Source: Macrostomum lignano
Lineage: Eukaryota
DNA length: 64,000 nt
Direction of reading: 5' to 3'
Assembly: GCA_002269645.1 (NCBI GenBank)
Contig: NIVC01000462.1
Coordinates: 339,516-403,515, forward strand
Shown piece by piece: positions 1 to 12,204 of the stretch. The position numbers and the translations under genes are program-made. Under the pieces are notes generated by a model that saw only the letters and a list, made by a program, of their open reading frames with translations, had not been told where the DNA came from and did no database searches. How positions within the stretch are numbered: position 1 is the first letter of the stretch; the number at the start of each line of letters is the position of its first letter.

Positions 1-607
1 CTCTGCGTTCTTCTTGGACTTTAATACACAGCTTTAATAAAGCTACAAGTGTCATAGCGACTTGTTAAAAGCACAAGACAAGAGGAAGTACGAGCTATTT
101 TCACACAGAAGCATCCAAGACATCACACAGATGTATGTCTATGGACGAAACCCCGAAGAAGCGCTTGTAATTTGTCAAATCTCGCTTGTCACTTGTCACT
201 TGTCGATTTTACAAAAAAGAAGAGAAGCCGAGAAAAAAGCGGAAAGTAGAGAGAGATAGAGAATTCTGTTAAAGGTGATCGATCAATATTGAAAACGTAT
301 TAAGCTAGGAACTCAACAAAATAGTGTTGGAATTCTTTGGAAATAGGAATCTTGGGTACATAAAAGACCTCACCTGGTAAACAACTGTAGGCGCACTCAG
401 AGAAAAACAAATAATCAACTATTGCCCAAGAAGTAGTAAGTTAGTTACCTGTGCAGAAAATTAATTGAAAACACTTTAAAAAAGTCGCTCCACACTCGTG
501 AGTATGAATACTATTTAAACACCATTTTCACTACTGTCGTTGAGGCCATCAATTCCCCAATCAGACAGTCTATTTCTCCGTCGGTCTGTTTAGCAGGGCC
601 ATCTCGT

Positions 608-991
608 TCATGTTATTTCTGGGTGAATCCGCTTCTGCAATAAATAATTTATGGAATTAATCAAATTTGGATCAGCATATTCAAAACACTCTACTTCTAT
701 ATAGTAGAATGGTATGATTGCATGCATTAAATTGTAAAAGAATAAAGCTTTTCGTTTTTCGTGTTGAACAACACAAATAAGTTTAAAAAAATTTAAGACA
801 AACTACTAGGCCATTGATTATAGTTACACAGAAGGCTGCTTAAAGCACAACATGCCAAGTGGTAAGGCTGCAGTTGTCTCGGAGTAAGTGCTAATCGTAC
901 AGATTTAATATTTGTTATAACATCAGCCGTAAAAGTGCTCTTACGCCGTGACTCACGTTCATACGGGAGAGTGCCTCGACCTCGTATCTGT
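608..991 (-). CDS. Candidate extra 3' exons of the PLPP gene (991-957 and 634-608)
   Basis: 35-nt exon flanked by GTACCAG| and |GTGAGT, then acceptor TTATTGCAG| at 634. Using the donor GCAG|GTGATG at 2392 gives an open join, D-RYEVEALSRMN-KRIHPEIT*. That donor is weak and there is no transcript evidence. Confidence 0.35.
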
Positions 992-1076
992 CTGGTACGA
1001 TGCGGCATTGGATTAGTGGGAGGCTGGCGTAGGTGGGAAAAACAATTGAAAAAAACAAATGCGCTAAATCTCAGTG

Positions 1077-1957
1077 AGGTTGAAGGGCGATTCTCAATGA
1101 TGTTGAAGGGCGATTCTCAATGATGTTGAAGGGCGATTCTCAAGGATGTTGGAGGGCGATTCTCAATGATGTTGAAGGGCGATTCTCAATGATGTTGAAG
1201 GGCGATTCTCAAGGATGTTGGAGGGCGATTCTCAATGATGTAAGGGCGATTCTCAATGATGTTGAAGGGCGATTCTCAATGTGGGTTGGGGAGGGCGACT
1301 CTCAATGTGGGTTGGGGAGGGCGATTCTCAATGTGGGTTGGGGAGGGCGATTCTCAATGTGGGTTGGGGAGGGCGATTCTCAATGTGGGTTGGGGAGGGC
1401 GATTCTCAATGTGGGTTGGGGAGGGCGATTCTCAATGTGGGTTGGGGAGGGCGATTCTCAATGTGGGTTGGGGAGGGCGATTCTCAATGTGGGTTGGGGA
1501 GGGCGATTCTCAATGTGGGTTGGGGAGGGCGATTCTCAATGTGGGTTGGGGAGGGCGATTCTCAATGTGGGTTGGGGAGGGCGATTCTCAATGTGGGTTG
1601 GGGAGGGCGATTCTCAATGTGGGTTGGGGAGGGCGATTCTCAATGTGGGTTGGGGAGGGCGATTATCAATGTGGGTTGGGGAGGGCGATTCTCAATGTGG
1701 GTTGGGGAGGGCGATTATCAATGTGGGTTGGGGAGGGCGATTCTCAATGTGGGTTGGGGAGGGCGATTCTCAATGTGGGTTGGGGAGGGCGATTCTCAAT
1801 GTGGGTTGGGGGAGGCGATTCTCAATGTGGGTTGGGGGGGGCGATTCTCAATGTGGGTTGGGGAGGGCGATTCTCAATGTGGGTTGGGGAGGGCGATTCT
1901 CAATGTGGGTTGGGAAGGGCGACTCTCAATGTGGGTTGGGGAGGGCGATTCTCAATG
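1077..1957. repeat. Minisatellite; 23-bp units (GGGCGATTCTCAATGATGTTGAA) grading into 26-bp G-rich units (GATTCTCAATGTGGGTTGGGGAGGGC)
   Basis: Read directly; the 26-aa periodicity of ORFs in all three + frames matches. Confidence 0.97.
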
Positions 1958-2142
1958 GGAATCGAAGCTTGCGAAAAAATTCAAGTTAGATTTAATGGTT
2001 GAAAATCCTTGAAATCAGAAGACTGAATTAGGTAATTCACTTTTAGTTATATAAAAAAACAATGGACCGAGCAACATTTAAAAACAGAATAAAAAATTAA
2101 TTCTTAGGTCCTTAACACCACTTAGAAGATGTTCACAGTCAA

Positions 2143-2312
2143 ACACACTAATCACCATCAGACACACACTAATCACCATCAGACACACACTAATCACCAT
2201 CAGACACACACTAATCACCATCAGACACACACTAATCACCATCAGACACACACTAATCACCATCAGACACACACTAATCACCATCAGACACACACTAATC
2301 AGCATCAGACAC
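2143..2312. repeat. 21-bp minisatellite (CACACTAATCACCATCAGACA), about 8 copies
   Basis: Read directly; 7-aa periodic ORFs. Confidence 0.95.
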
Positions 2313-2317
2313 TATTC

Positions 2318-4884
2318 CTAGTCGAATACACAAGCCCTGAAGACAATATTCACGGAGACATGACAATAACTGCCCCATACCCCTGCATCACCTGCATCTC
2401 CATTGTTATTGTTGGCTGCTCCGGCGGCTCCGCCAGCTTCCACATCGCTAGCGCAGCCTCCGTCAACATCCCCGGTGACGAAGCCGCAGGCTGAGCAGGC
2501 CTCAGTGTAGCTGGGCCGCAGGTACAGGCACACAAGGAGAGCCACGGCAGCTCCGATGAGGCCACCGCCAAGCACGTCGCTCCAGTGATGCTTGTAGTCG
2601 CTAACCCGGCTGGCGCACACGGCCAGGCCCCACACCAGCACAAATGACTGCAGCAGCCATTTCACTGCGTGACCCTTGGCAAACGTGAATCTGGACTGCA
2701 TGTACAGCGCGGCGAACAGCGTCATGTAGATGCTGTGCGACGAGTGACCGGATGGGAAGGACAGCATGGCCTCTCTGAACTGTTTTGAGTCGACCGGATG
2801 GCACACCGACGGCGACAGAGGCTGGTGAGAGGCGCAGGCTGTGAGGTACTCAGGCGAGCTCGTGTTGGCGCGGCACACAGCCAGGAAGTGCGGCCGGTGA
2901 CGCCCGATGATGGTCTTGACAGTCACCGTGACCACCTGGGTAAGGGCGAGTGCGAGTGTTGTTGCTGTGAATTGTGTCTTTGACTGTGAATTGTGTCTTT
3001 GACTGTGAATTGTGTGTGTCTTTGACTGTGAATTGTGTGTCTTTGACTGTGAATTGTGTGTCTTTGACTGTGAATGGTGTGTGTCTTTGACTGTGAATTG
3101 TGTCTTTGACTGTGAATTGTGTGTGTCTTTGACTGTGAATTGTGTGTCTTTGACTGTGAATTGTGTGTCTTTGACTGTGAATGGTGTGTGTCTTTGACTG
3201 TGAATTGTGTGTCTTTGACTGTGAATTGTGACTTTGACTGTGAATTATGTGTGTCTTTGACTGTGAATTGTGTGACTTTGACTGTGAATTGTGTGTGTCT
3301 TTGACTGTGAATTGTGTGTGTCTTTGACTGTGAATTGTGTGTCTTTGACTGTGAATGGTGTGTGTCTTTGACTGTGAATTGTGTCTTTGACTGTGAATTG
3401 TGTGTGTCTTTGACTGTGAATTGTGTGTCTTTGACTGTGAATTGTGTGTCTTTGACTGTGAATGGTGTGTGTCTTTGACTGTGAATTGTGTGTCTTTGAC
3501 TGTGAATTGTGACTTTGACTGTGAATTATGTGTGTCTTTGACTGTGAATTGTGTGACTTTGACTGTGAATTGTGTGTGTCTTTGACTGTGAATTGTGTGT
3601 GTCTTTGACTGTGAATTGTGTGACTTTGACTGTGAATTGTGTGTCTTTGACTGTGAATTGTGTCTTTGACTGTGAATTGTGTGTGTCTTTGACTGTGAAT
3701 TGTGTGTCCTTGACTGTGAATTATGTGTGTCTTTGACTGTGAATTGTGTGTCTTTGACTGTGAATTATGTGTGTCTTTGACTGTGAATTGTGACTATGTG
3801 AATTGTGAATTAGACACACAGTCAAAGTGAATTGTGTGTGTTTTTGACTGTGAATTGTGTGTGTCTTTGACTGTGAATTGTGTCTTTGACTGTGAATTGT
3901 GTGTCTTTGACTGTGAATTATGTGTGTCTTTGACTGTGAATTGTGTGTGTCTTTGACTGTGAATTGTGTGTGTCTTTGACTGTGAATTGTGTGTGTCTTT
4001 GACTGTGAATTATGTGTGTCTTTGACTGTGAATTATGTGTCTTTGACTGTGAATTATGTGTGTCTTTGACTGTGAATTGTGTGTGTCTTTGACTGTGAAT
4101 TGTGTGTGTCTTTGACTGTGAATTGTGTGTGTCTTTGACTGTGAATTATGTGTGTCTTTGACTGTGAATTATGTGTCTTTGACTGTGAATTATGTGTGTC
4201 TTTGACTGTGAATTGTGTGTGTCTTTGACTGTGAATTGTGTGTGTCTTTGACTGTGAATTGTGTGTGTCTTTGACTGTGAATTGTGTGTGTCTTTGACTG
4301 TGAATTATGTGTGTCTTTGACTGTGAATTGTGTGTGTCTTTGACTGTGAATTGTGTGTGTCTTTGACTGTGAATTGTGTGTGTCTTTGACTGTGAATTAT
4401 GTGTGTCTTTGACTGTGAATTGTCTTTGACTGTGACTTGACTTTGACTGTGACTTGTTCAGACAGGCTATAAACAACCAACGAACCTCCGTGATGAGGGT
4501 GCCTAAGGCGGCCAACAGCAGGCCCCTGAAGATGGCCACAGTGGCTCGAGTACAACGGGACTCCGGCTTGAGCCCGCAGCTGCCCAGACAGTTAGCATAG
4601 GTCCGATCCGACTCGCTAGCCCTACAGTTGCTGCGCATAGCGTGCCGGACAATCTCTATGATTACTACTGTCAGTAGGATGATAGCAGCGCCAACCACTG
4701 CCGCTACAATTATGGTGACAGTGTCCGGCTTGTACGGATAGCTGATGCTCTCGTCGTTGCAAAAGAAATGACGCTGAAACGGCTGCACGCCGAAATGGAA
4801 AATGCAGACATAGGCGCCAAGGATGATGATGACGGAGACTGCGGTGAGCAGGTTGGCAATCTCACTGCCAGGCAGGCAGCCCAT
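2318..4884 (-). CDS. PLPP: Phospholipid phosphatase (PAP2/LPP, wunen/PLPP-like); exons 4884-4486 and 2935-2318 (3' end may instead splice on, see next feature)
   Basis: Exon 1 has FQRHFFCNDESISYPYKPDTV and TM segments and ends GAG|GTTCG (phase 0). Exon 2 starts after CCCAG| and has all three PAP2 catalytic motifs: KTIIGRHRP, PSGH, SRVSDYKHHWSDV. Joined length about 338 aa. The exact paralog cannot be assigned. Confidence 0.93.
2962..4452. repeat. 19-23-bp minisatellite (TGTGAATTG(TG)nTCTTTGAC) filling the PLPP intron
   Basis: Read directly; occupies nearly all of intron 2936-4485. Confidence 0.97.
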
Positions 4885-5170
4885 TACGATGCTGCGACTG
4901 TTGCTCTTAAGGAATTTAATAAATTAACAAACTTATATTAACGGTCACGACTGCGAAGCTCTTTATGGCTGAGTCTTTGCTGAAATTTGTATAAATACCA
5001 AATATTTTTATTGTGTTAATCTGAAGAGAATAACAGGTAACAGCTAATCAAAACCTACTCATAATCTACATCTGTTTGTGTTATCCTGTGCTAAACTTGT
5101 TTTCATTTTTATCCCTAAAATCTTACTCCTCTCCACTCCTTTCCTCCTATCCTTCTCTATCATCTTAGTC

Positions 5171-5642
5171 CATCCTTATCTCCCCTCTACTCTGATCCTT
5201 ATCTCCCCTCAAATCTGATCCTTATCTCCCCTCTACTCTGATCCTTTTCTCCCCTCTAATCTGATCCTTATCTCCCCTCTACTCTGATCCTTATCTCCCC
5301 TCTACTCTGATCCTTATCTCCCCTCTACTCTGATCCTTATCTCCCCTCTACTCTGATCCTTATCTCCCCTCTACTCTGATCCTTATCTCCCCTCTACTCT
5401 GATCCTTATCTCCCCTCTACTCTGATCCTTATCTCCCCTCTACTCTGATCCTTATCTCCCCTCTACTCTGATCCTTATCTTCCCTCTACTCTGATCCTTA
5501 TCTTCCCTCTAATCTGATTGTTATCTCCTCTCTACTCTGATCCTTATCTTCCCTCTAATCTGATTGTTATCTCCTCTCTACTCTGATCCTTATCTCCCTC
5601 TAATCTGATCCTTATCTCCCTCTAATCTGATCCTTATCTCTC
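5171..5642. repeat. 23-bp pyrimidine-rich minisatellite (CTACTCTGATCCTTATCTCCCCT)
   Basis: Read directly. Confidence 0.95.
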
Positions 5643-6317
5643 CTCTTCTCTACCTCATTACCTACCTTCACTCCTTTCAAATAATTCTTAGATCTAAATG
5701 CCTCGCAGCAGTTTTAAAAAGCCACTGTTTTGTAACCAAATGCCACGATACGCTTTGCTGCTGCTTCTGCTGCTGTTCTCAATTTTTAAAACAGTCCTAG
5801 TGTTTCATTTTCGCTATTATAAAAGAGAAATGTAACACTGAGAAAAATAGACGCAGTGACAGAAGATAATTGTACGCCAGTGAAGCTATTAGCGTATTTG
5901 AGCCCATATGTACATTGTCTTCTTTCAAAAAAGCGCACAATGCCCAACACCATTAACCAGCAGAGGAGCAGAAAAATGAAACAAAAAGCATGCAAACAGA
6001 AACTTGGGAGTCGAATGCTTTAACATAAGGTGTAAACACTTTTTTTGCAACTTAGTCAACTCACGGAAATATATGGTAATATGACGATAAATTAAAAAAA
6101 CCCAAAATACTAATTGACCACAATAAATAAAATAGTATGCTCTAATGCCCCATACGAGCATATGAGTAAGCATGAGTTTACACTCAGACTGAATAACAGA
6201 CATACCAGATAAAATGAGGACAAGCGCAACGTAAATTATAAATTAACTCTTTTTACCAGGGGTATCCAGAATTAGTTTCGACACTTTTGATACCAGAACA
6301 AAATCTGTGTCCGACAA

Positions 6318-7030
6318 TGTGTCCGTAGAGTGAGTGTCCATAGGGTGAGTGTCCGTAGGGTGAGTAACCGTAGGTTGAGTGTCCATAGGATGAGTGTCCA
6401 TAGGGTGAGTGTCCGTAGGGTGAGTGTCAATAGGGTGAGTGTCCGTAGAGTCCATAGGGTGAGTGTCCATAAGGTGAGTGTCCTTAGGACGAGTGTCCAT
6501 AGGGTGAGTGTCCATAAGGTGAGTGTCCTTAGGACGAGTGTCCCTAGGGCGTGTCCGTAGGGTGAGTGTCAATAGGGTGAGTGTCAATAGGGTGAGTGTC
6601 CATAGGGTGAGTGTCCGTAGGATGAGTGTCCATAGGGCGGGTGTCCATAGGGTTGAGTGTCCATAGGGTGAGTGTCCATAGGGTGAGTGTCCATAGGGTG
6701 AGTGTCCATAGGGTGAGTGTCCGTAGGGTGAGTCCGTAGGGTGAGTGTCCATAGGGTGAGTGTCCATAGGGTGAGTGTCCGTAGGGTGAGTCCGTAGGGT
6801 GAGTGTCCATAGGGTGAGTGTCCATAGGGTGTGTCCATAGGGTGAGTGTCCATAGGGTGAGTGTCCATAGGGTGAGTGTCCATAGGGTGAGTGTCCATAG
6901 GGTGAGTGTCCGTAGGGTGAGTGTCCGTAGGGTGAGTCCGTAGGGTGAGTCTCCATAGGGCGTGTCCATAGGGTGAGTGTCCGTAGGGTGAGTCTCCATA
7001 GGATGAGTATCCATACGGTGTGTCCACAGG
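6318..7030. repeat. 15-bp minisatellite (GGGTGAGTGTCCATA) with deletion variants
   Basis: Read directly; source of the DTHPM/HSPYG periodic ORFs. Confidence 0.95.
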
Positions 7031-7186
7031 GTGATTGTCTCCTAAATTAAGAGACGGACATCAGGCATCTAAACCTCAGTCATACGCTCGTAGAATAAGC
7101 TTCAGATAATGAGAATCTGAATTACCGATGAGCTTCAGTCAAATGAAAACAGATAAGATGATTAGCTTCATTATAAACAAAATTAG

Positions 7187-9094
7187 TTAATTAAATCCAG
7201 CCACAGATACAGCAGCAGCTTGGGCCTTTATTGCAGGGCCATTCTGGTCACGCCTGTGGTAACTGCGAGACTTCCAGTTCCCATTGGGGTAGAAGTGACG
7301 ACCGTCCTTGGGGTAGCGGCCAGACGATTGATGATGCTGAGACTTCTCGTGACGCCTCTGAGGCAAGTCTTTGCTCTCCGGCCTGGGACTGCCGTTCTGA
7401 CTGGCTTCAGGCTGCAAACTCTCATGCCCGTTGCTGCTCTGTTGCGGCCCAGCTGCACTCTCGGCGTGTTCTCGGTTTGGTTGGTTGCGCTGCCGATTGG
7501 CATTGCGATTGTTCTGGCGTCGCTGCTGTTGATTGCCGCTTTGATCCTGCCGCGGCTGTAAAGAGTCGCTTTGATCCTGCCGCGGCGGTAAATGATCCTT
7601 TTGATCTCGCCGCCGACGAGAATCACTTTGCTGATCTTGCTGATGCATCTGATTAACGCTTTGATCTTGCCGCTGTAAAGAATCACTTTGATGTTGCTGA
7701 TACTTTTGATTAGCGCTTTGGTCTTTCCGCCGACGAGAATCAGTTTGATCTTGCCGCCGCAGATAATCGCTTTGATCTTGCCGCCGACGAGAATCGCTTT
7801 GATCCTGCCGCGGCTGTAAAGAGTCACTTTGATCCTGCCACGTCTGTAAAGAGTCGCTTTGATCCTGCCGCGGCGGTAAATGATCCTTTTGATCTCGCCG
7901 CCGACGAGAATCACTTTGCTGATCTTGCTTATGCATCTGATTAACGCTTTGATCTTGCCGCTGTATAGAATCACCTTGATGTTGCTGATACTTTTGATTA
8001 GCGCTTTGGTCTTTCCGCCGACGAGAATCAGTTTGATCTTGCCGCCGCAGAAAATCGCTTTGATCTTGCCGCCGACGAGAATCACTTTGATCTTGGCGCC
8101 GCAGAGAATCGCTTTGATCTTGCCTGTGATAAGTGCTTTGCTCTTGCCGCCACTGACTGTCGCTTTGATGTTGCCGCCATTGTTGATTCGACCATTGGTT
8201 TTGCCACCATTGATAAGGTCGTTGATCTTGCCAATTTCGATAAGTACCTTGATACTGTCTGTATTGACGATTGCCTTGATCTTGCCACCGCCTATGGTTA
8301 CCACTTTGATGCTGTTGCCCGTTGCTAGAGCTTTGATCTTGACGCACCTGTTTGGCACTTTGATTATGTCGCCCCTGGTTAGCGCTTTGATCTTTCCGCC
8401 CCTGGTTGGCACTTTGACCTTGCCGCTCCTGGTTAGAGCTTTGATCTTGCCGCTCCTGGTTAGAGCTTTGATCTTGCCGCTCGTCAGCAACTGGTAACTC
8501 TGCTGGTTCAGGGCGAACACCTTGCGCAAGGCCGACAGGCTCAACAGCAGCTGGAGTAGCATTCGCTGAGCAGCCCTTCTTATCTTCATCAGCCACAATG
8601 GGTTCGCAGACGAAGTCTCCGCTATCAGAGTCGAATCCCACCCGGCACTGGCGGCAGACCGGGCAGGCAACGACAAGCTGCGGTAGGCTGCGACAGTGCG
8701 GGTCGCTGGCCAGAATCTCTCGAACTTGGCGCTGGTGCTCCGACTGGCGATGCCGGACAAAATGGCGCAGACAGTCCGCGTGGAAGTAGTGGTAGCAGTC
8801 CGTTACCAGCAGGCCAGCCTCGGTGTCGAATGACTCAAGACAGATTGAGCACTGCTCATCTGGCAGATGCTGCTGAGTCAGCGAATCCTTCACCAGCTGA
8901 AGCGGTTGGTCATGGGAAGAGGTAGTGGATAGACAGACAGGGTGACAGATAGACACTGAGACACTATAAGACAGACACTAATAGACACACTAAGGACAGG
9001 CAGACAAACAGACAGGTGGACAGACAGACAGACAGACAGACAGAAAGACAGACAAACACTAAGACAGACCAGACAGAAACACAGACAGACAGAA

Positions 9095-9182
<88 letters not shown>

Positions 9183-9897
9183 GGACAGACAGACAGACAG
9201 ACCCGCTCACCTCAACCAGATGCATAAGCATGAAGTCGCCCCTCAGCTGCTCTGCCTCGGCCCTCACGGTGGCCAGCAGATGCTCCAGCCGCTCTTCTAC
9301 CAGGCCTCGAGGGCACCGCAGATCAACCTGCGGCGGTTCGTCAGGATAGCCAGGTGGGCAGGTGGCCACCAGGCTGACGCTGATGAACTGCTTGCTCTGT
9401 ACGTCGGCTGTTGCTGGGCGAATGTCCACCGTGATGATGGTGGTACCATTGGGGTTGCTAGAGACGAGGGTTGGACAATAGGAATAATGCACGATAGTAA
9501 GCTGTGATCAATGCATACCTTTTGTTATTATCAATATCAATGGGTGAGTAGATGGGTAGGCAGATAAGTAGGTAAGTAGGTAGGTAGGTAGGTAGGTAGG
9601 TAGGTAGGTAGGTAGGTAGGTAGGTAGGTAGGTAGGTAGGTAGGTAGGTAGGTAGGTAGTAAGTAGGTAGGTAGGTTTTAGGTAGAAAAGCTTGATTAAT
9701 TTTTAGATAAATAAATATATATTACATGCTCATATTTATTTGGTTAATACGAGTAGAGTATATTTTAGCTTTAAAAAATAGCAATGCTTGTTTATAAATA
9801 AAGGGATCTTAAACTGAGAAACAGGAACCACTTACCTGGAAATGTCTTTTAATTCTTTGCAATAAATTTCTTTAAGAATAATTATTTCTTCCTCCAT
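7187..9897 (-). CDS. RNF25: E3 ubiquitin ligase RNF25/AO7 (RWD + RING-H2) with a long Q/R/D/S-rich repetitive tail; exons 9897-9836, 9457-9211, 8896-7187; about 672 aa
   Basis: Spliced frame MEEEIIILKEIY...IRPATADVQSKQFISVSLVATCPPGYPDEPPQVDLRCPRGL...LVE|LVKDSLTQQHLPDEQCSICLESF...TDCYHYFHADCL...CPVCR matches the RNF25 pattern recalled from knowledge (HPATA, YPxExP, PRGL, CxICL, CYHYFH). Canonical sites AG|GTAAG, TAG|C, GAG|GTGAG and CAG|CTG, with matching phases 2 and 0. Confidence 0.92.
8930..9200. repeat. (GACA)n microsatellite in RNF25 intron 2
   Basis: Read directly. Confidence 0.97.
9565..9676. repeat. (GGTA)n microsatellite in RNF25 intron 1
   Basis: Read directly. Confidence 0.97.
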
Positions 9898-12204
9898 TTT
9901 GCAGCAATTGCAAGGGAATAAGGATTCAGCTGCAATGTATACAAAGGAAGTTAATAAAGCACATCTATGTTGCTTGTAATGAACTATTGAGAAAAAATTT
10001 TACTTACTAAATGTGCTAATGATTTTATATCATTAGAAATCATACCTTCTACACTTTAAGTTAGGGTTAAGTTAGGGTTGGGTTGCTAGGGTGTCAGCAA
10101 AATTTTCATTTTGAATTTCATTTAGAGTTTCAACTTTTAGTATGCAAAAATTTTTCTTGATTTTGTAGAAGAATTCAATTGCATTGTTGTATATAATATG
10201 CTTGTAATACTTATATTGACTTTTAAAAGTAAAAAAAAATTATAAATGCTACAAGTAATACCTAAAAATCTAGGAGATTGAATCCTAGACCTCATTATCA
10301 GCTAAAACTGATGCTCCATTGACAATTTATGATTGCTCACTAGTTGGACGTATTAAAGTCAAATATCCATTTTGTTTGCAAAAAATAGATCTTTTCAAAC
10401 TAAGTGCTTGAAAGGTTCTGATGATTCTTATCTCTAATATTATGATATAGAAAGAAAAGACTTGTCAAAGCAATTTAATGCTAGTTGATCAACAATCAAA
10501 ATGGAAAGTATAGAAAGTAATATTGCTTTTTTCATAGGCCACTGAAAATTGACTTTTTAGAGCCAAGTGCTATTGTCAATTTTGACTACTACTAGGCCTA
10601 TTTTGATTTACTAAAGAAACTAAGTAAGGATCTCCCAAACAAGTGAAGAACTCCAATAGAGCCAGCCAATACTCAATACAATACCAGCCAACTAAGACAG
10701 AAAGAAGAATTTATATTGAATTGACACAATATTTATATTTATCAATTCCAAAAATTATAATTTTTATTCTTATATTTTGCTTTTTATTTCAAGTAACTAG
10801 AATATGTAGGTCAATCTACAATTTATCATTCCACTATACTGCAGATTCTATATTTTACAATGTATGCTATTCTATTTTGATAATGCTATAGCTTATAGAT
10901 TCTGCATTCAACTGTGTACCATGCGGTAAGGGAAGCTTCTATTCTTTCTTCTACAGACTATTCTATGGTAGAATTTCTACCAATACCAATGTTGTGAAAG
11001 GGTCTATGCTTGACTGATTAAATACCACTATTAAGCTATCAATGCTGTCCTAAGGCTTTCTTTTATCTTATCAAAAAAATTCTAAAGGCAGTCACCTAGT
11101 TGTTCTAGGGGAAACATTTTACCTTCTAAAATGATTTTATTGCTAATACCAAAATTGTTACAGGGTTCATTTCTAACTAATATTTTGATGTGCTTTTGAT
11201 ACTACACTTTATATTGGTAGCATATCATATAAATTTGGTAGTATACTATATATTACTGGCCTAAATAGTCCTATGCCACTTGTGTTGTATCCCCCTATTG
11301 AAATAAATATATAAAACCTGTAGATGTTAAGCACAGGGCCTAAAATTGTAGTCAAAAATTCAAGATGACATAGAACATGTTAACTTTTGCACCAAATACA
11401 GGCATAGTTCTAATTAGATGATGAGGCATTTAGCCTTAATAAGACAGTCATAGTTACTCTTGCTGTTTACCCAAAACTGCACCAAGCCACAATATTATCT
11501 GATTTGACTTCAGCCACAACAACACTGGAAAATTTCAAAATTGTAACAGATGGTCAGACACCCTTTGTCCACAAATTCCAATTGGGCTTTATCCCATCCT
11601 ATGGCTCTTTAATTAGGGTTTTTTTTCTCTTAGTCCTGGGCATTCCCAAGATCAGAAGGTCATGGCTTATATTGTAGTAGCTTTTTTGCCCTTAGACATA
11701 TTTTTAGACCTTGGTCTGGATATTCTTAGCCTTTAGTAGATATTCTCTTAAATAATGCTCTTAAATAACAAAGATAGAAAGTAGTATTTGTGCAATACTT
11801 TTTATACTTAGCAACATTAAAATGTTGCCATCACAAAATATTCTATCTGTGGTTGCCTAGTTAGATAAATCAAAGCCATCTCTCAGTTTTTTAAATCTTT
11901 TATTTAAGAATAGTCCAAGGGAAATTGCTCTTTAGGGCGTAGAGTGGCAATTTTTCAATGTTGCTAAATATATATATATAAACTTAAAAGAAGTAAAAAA
12001 GTGCACACAGAGTTGATTTTTCTTGTTAATGGCTCCTGTATCTAGTATTGGTTTTTTAACTGCAATTTAAAGCAAAGGAGATTATAAAGTATTCATAATA
12101 TTTACAATATTTTCAATATTATATAAATATGATTAAACAAATTTAAATGGCAACCACAAGAAAATAATTCATCACACATTTGTACATCAGAATTTTTGGC
12201 ATAT

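Noticed and set aside
7220-8760. Alternative-frame and antisense ORFs over RNF25 (e.g. 510 aa at 7228-8760)
   Set aside because: The 510-aa ORF starts at TTG; openness follows from the repetitive codon pattern; no domains.
10058-10095. TTAGGG telomere-like words and a TAGGGTGTC hAT-like end
   Set aside because: Only two interrupted copies; the putative partner GACACCCT near 11557 is only 8 bp with no TSD.
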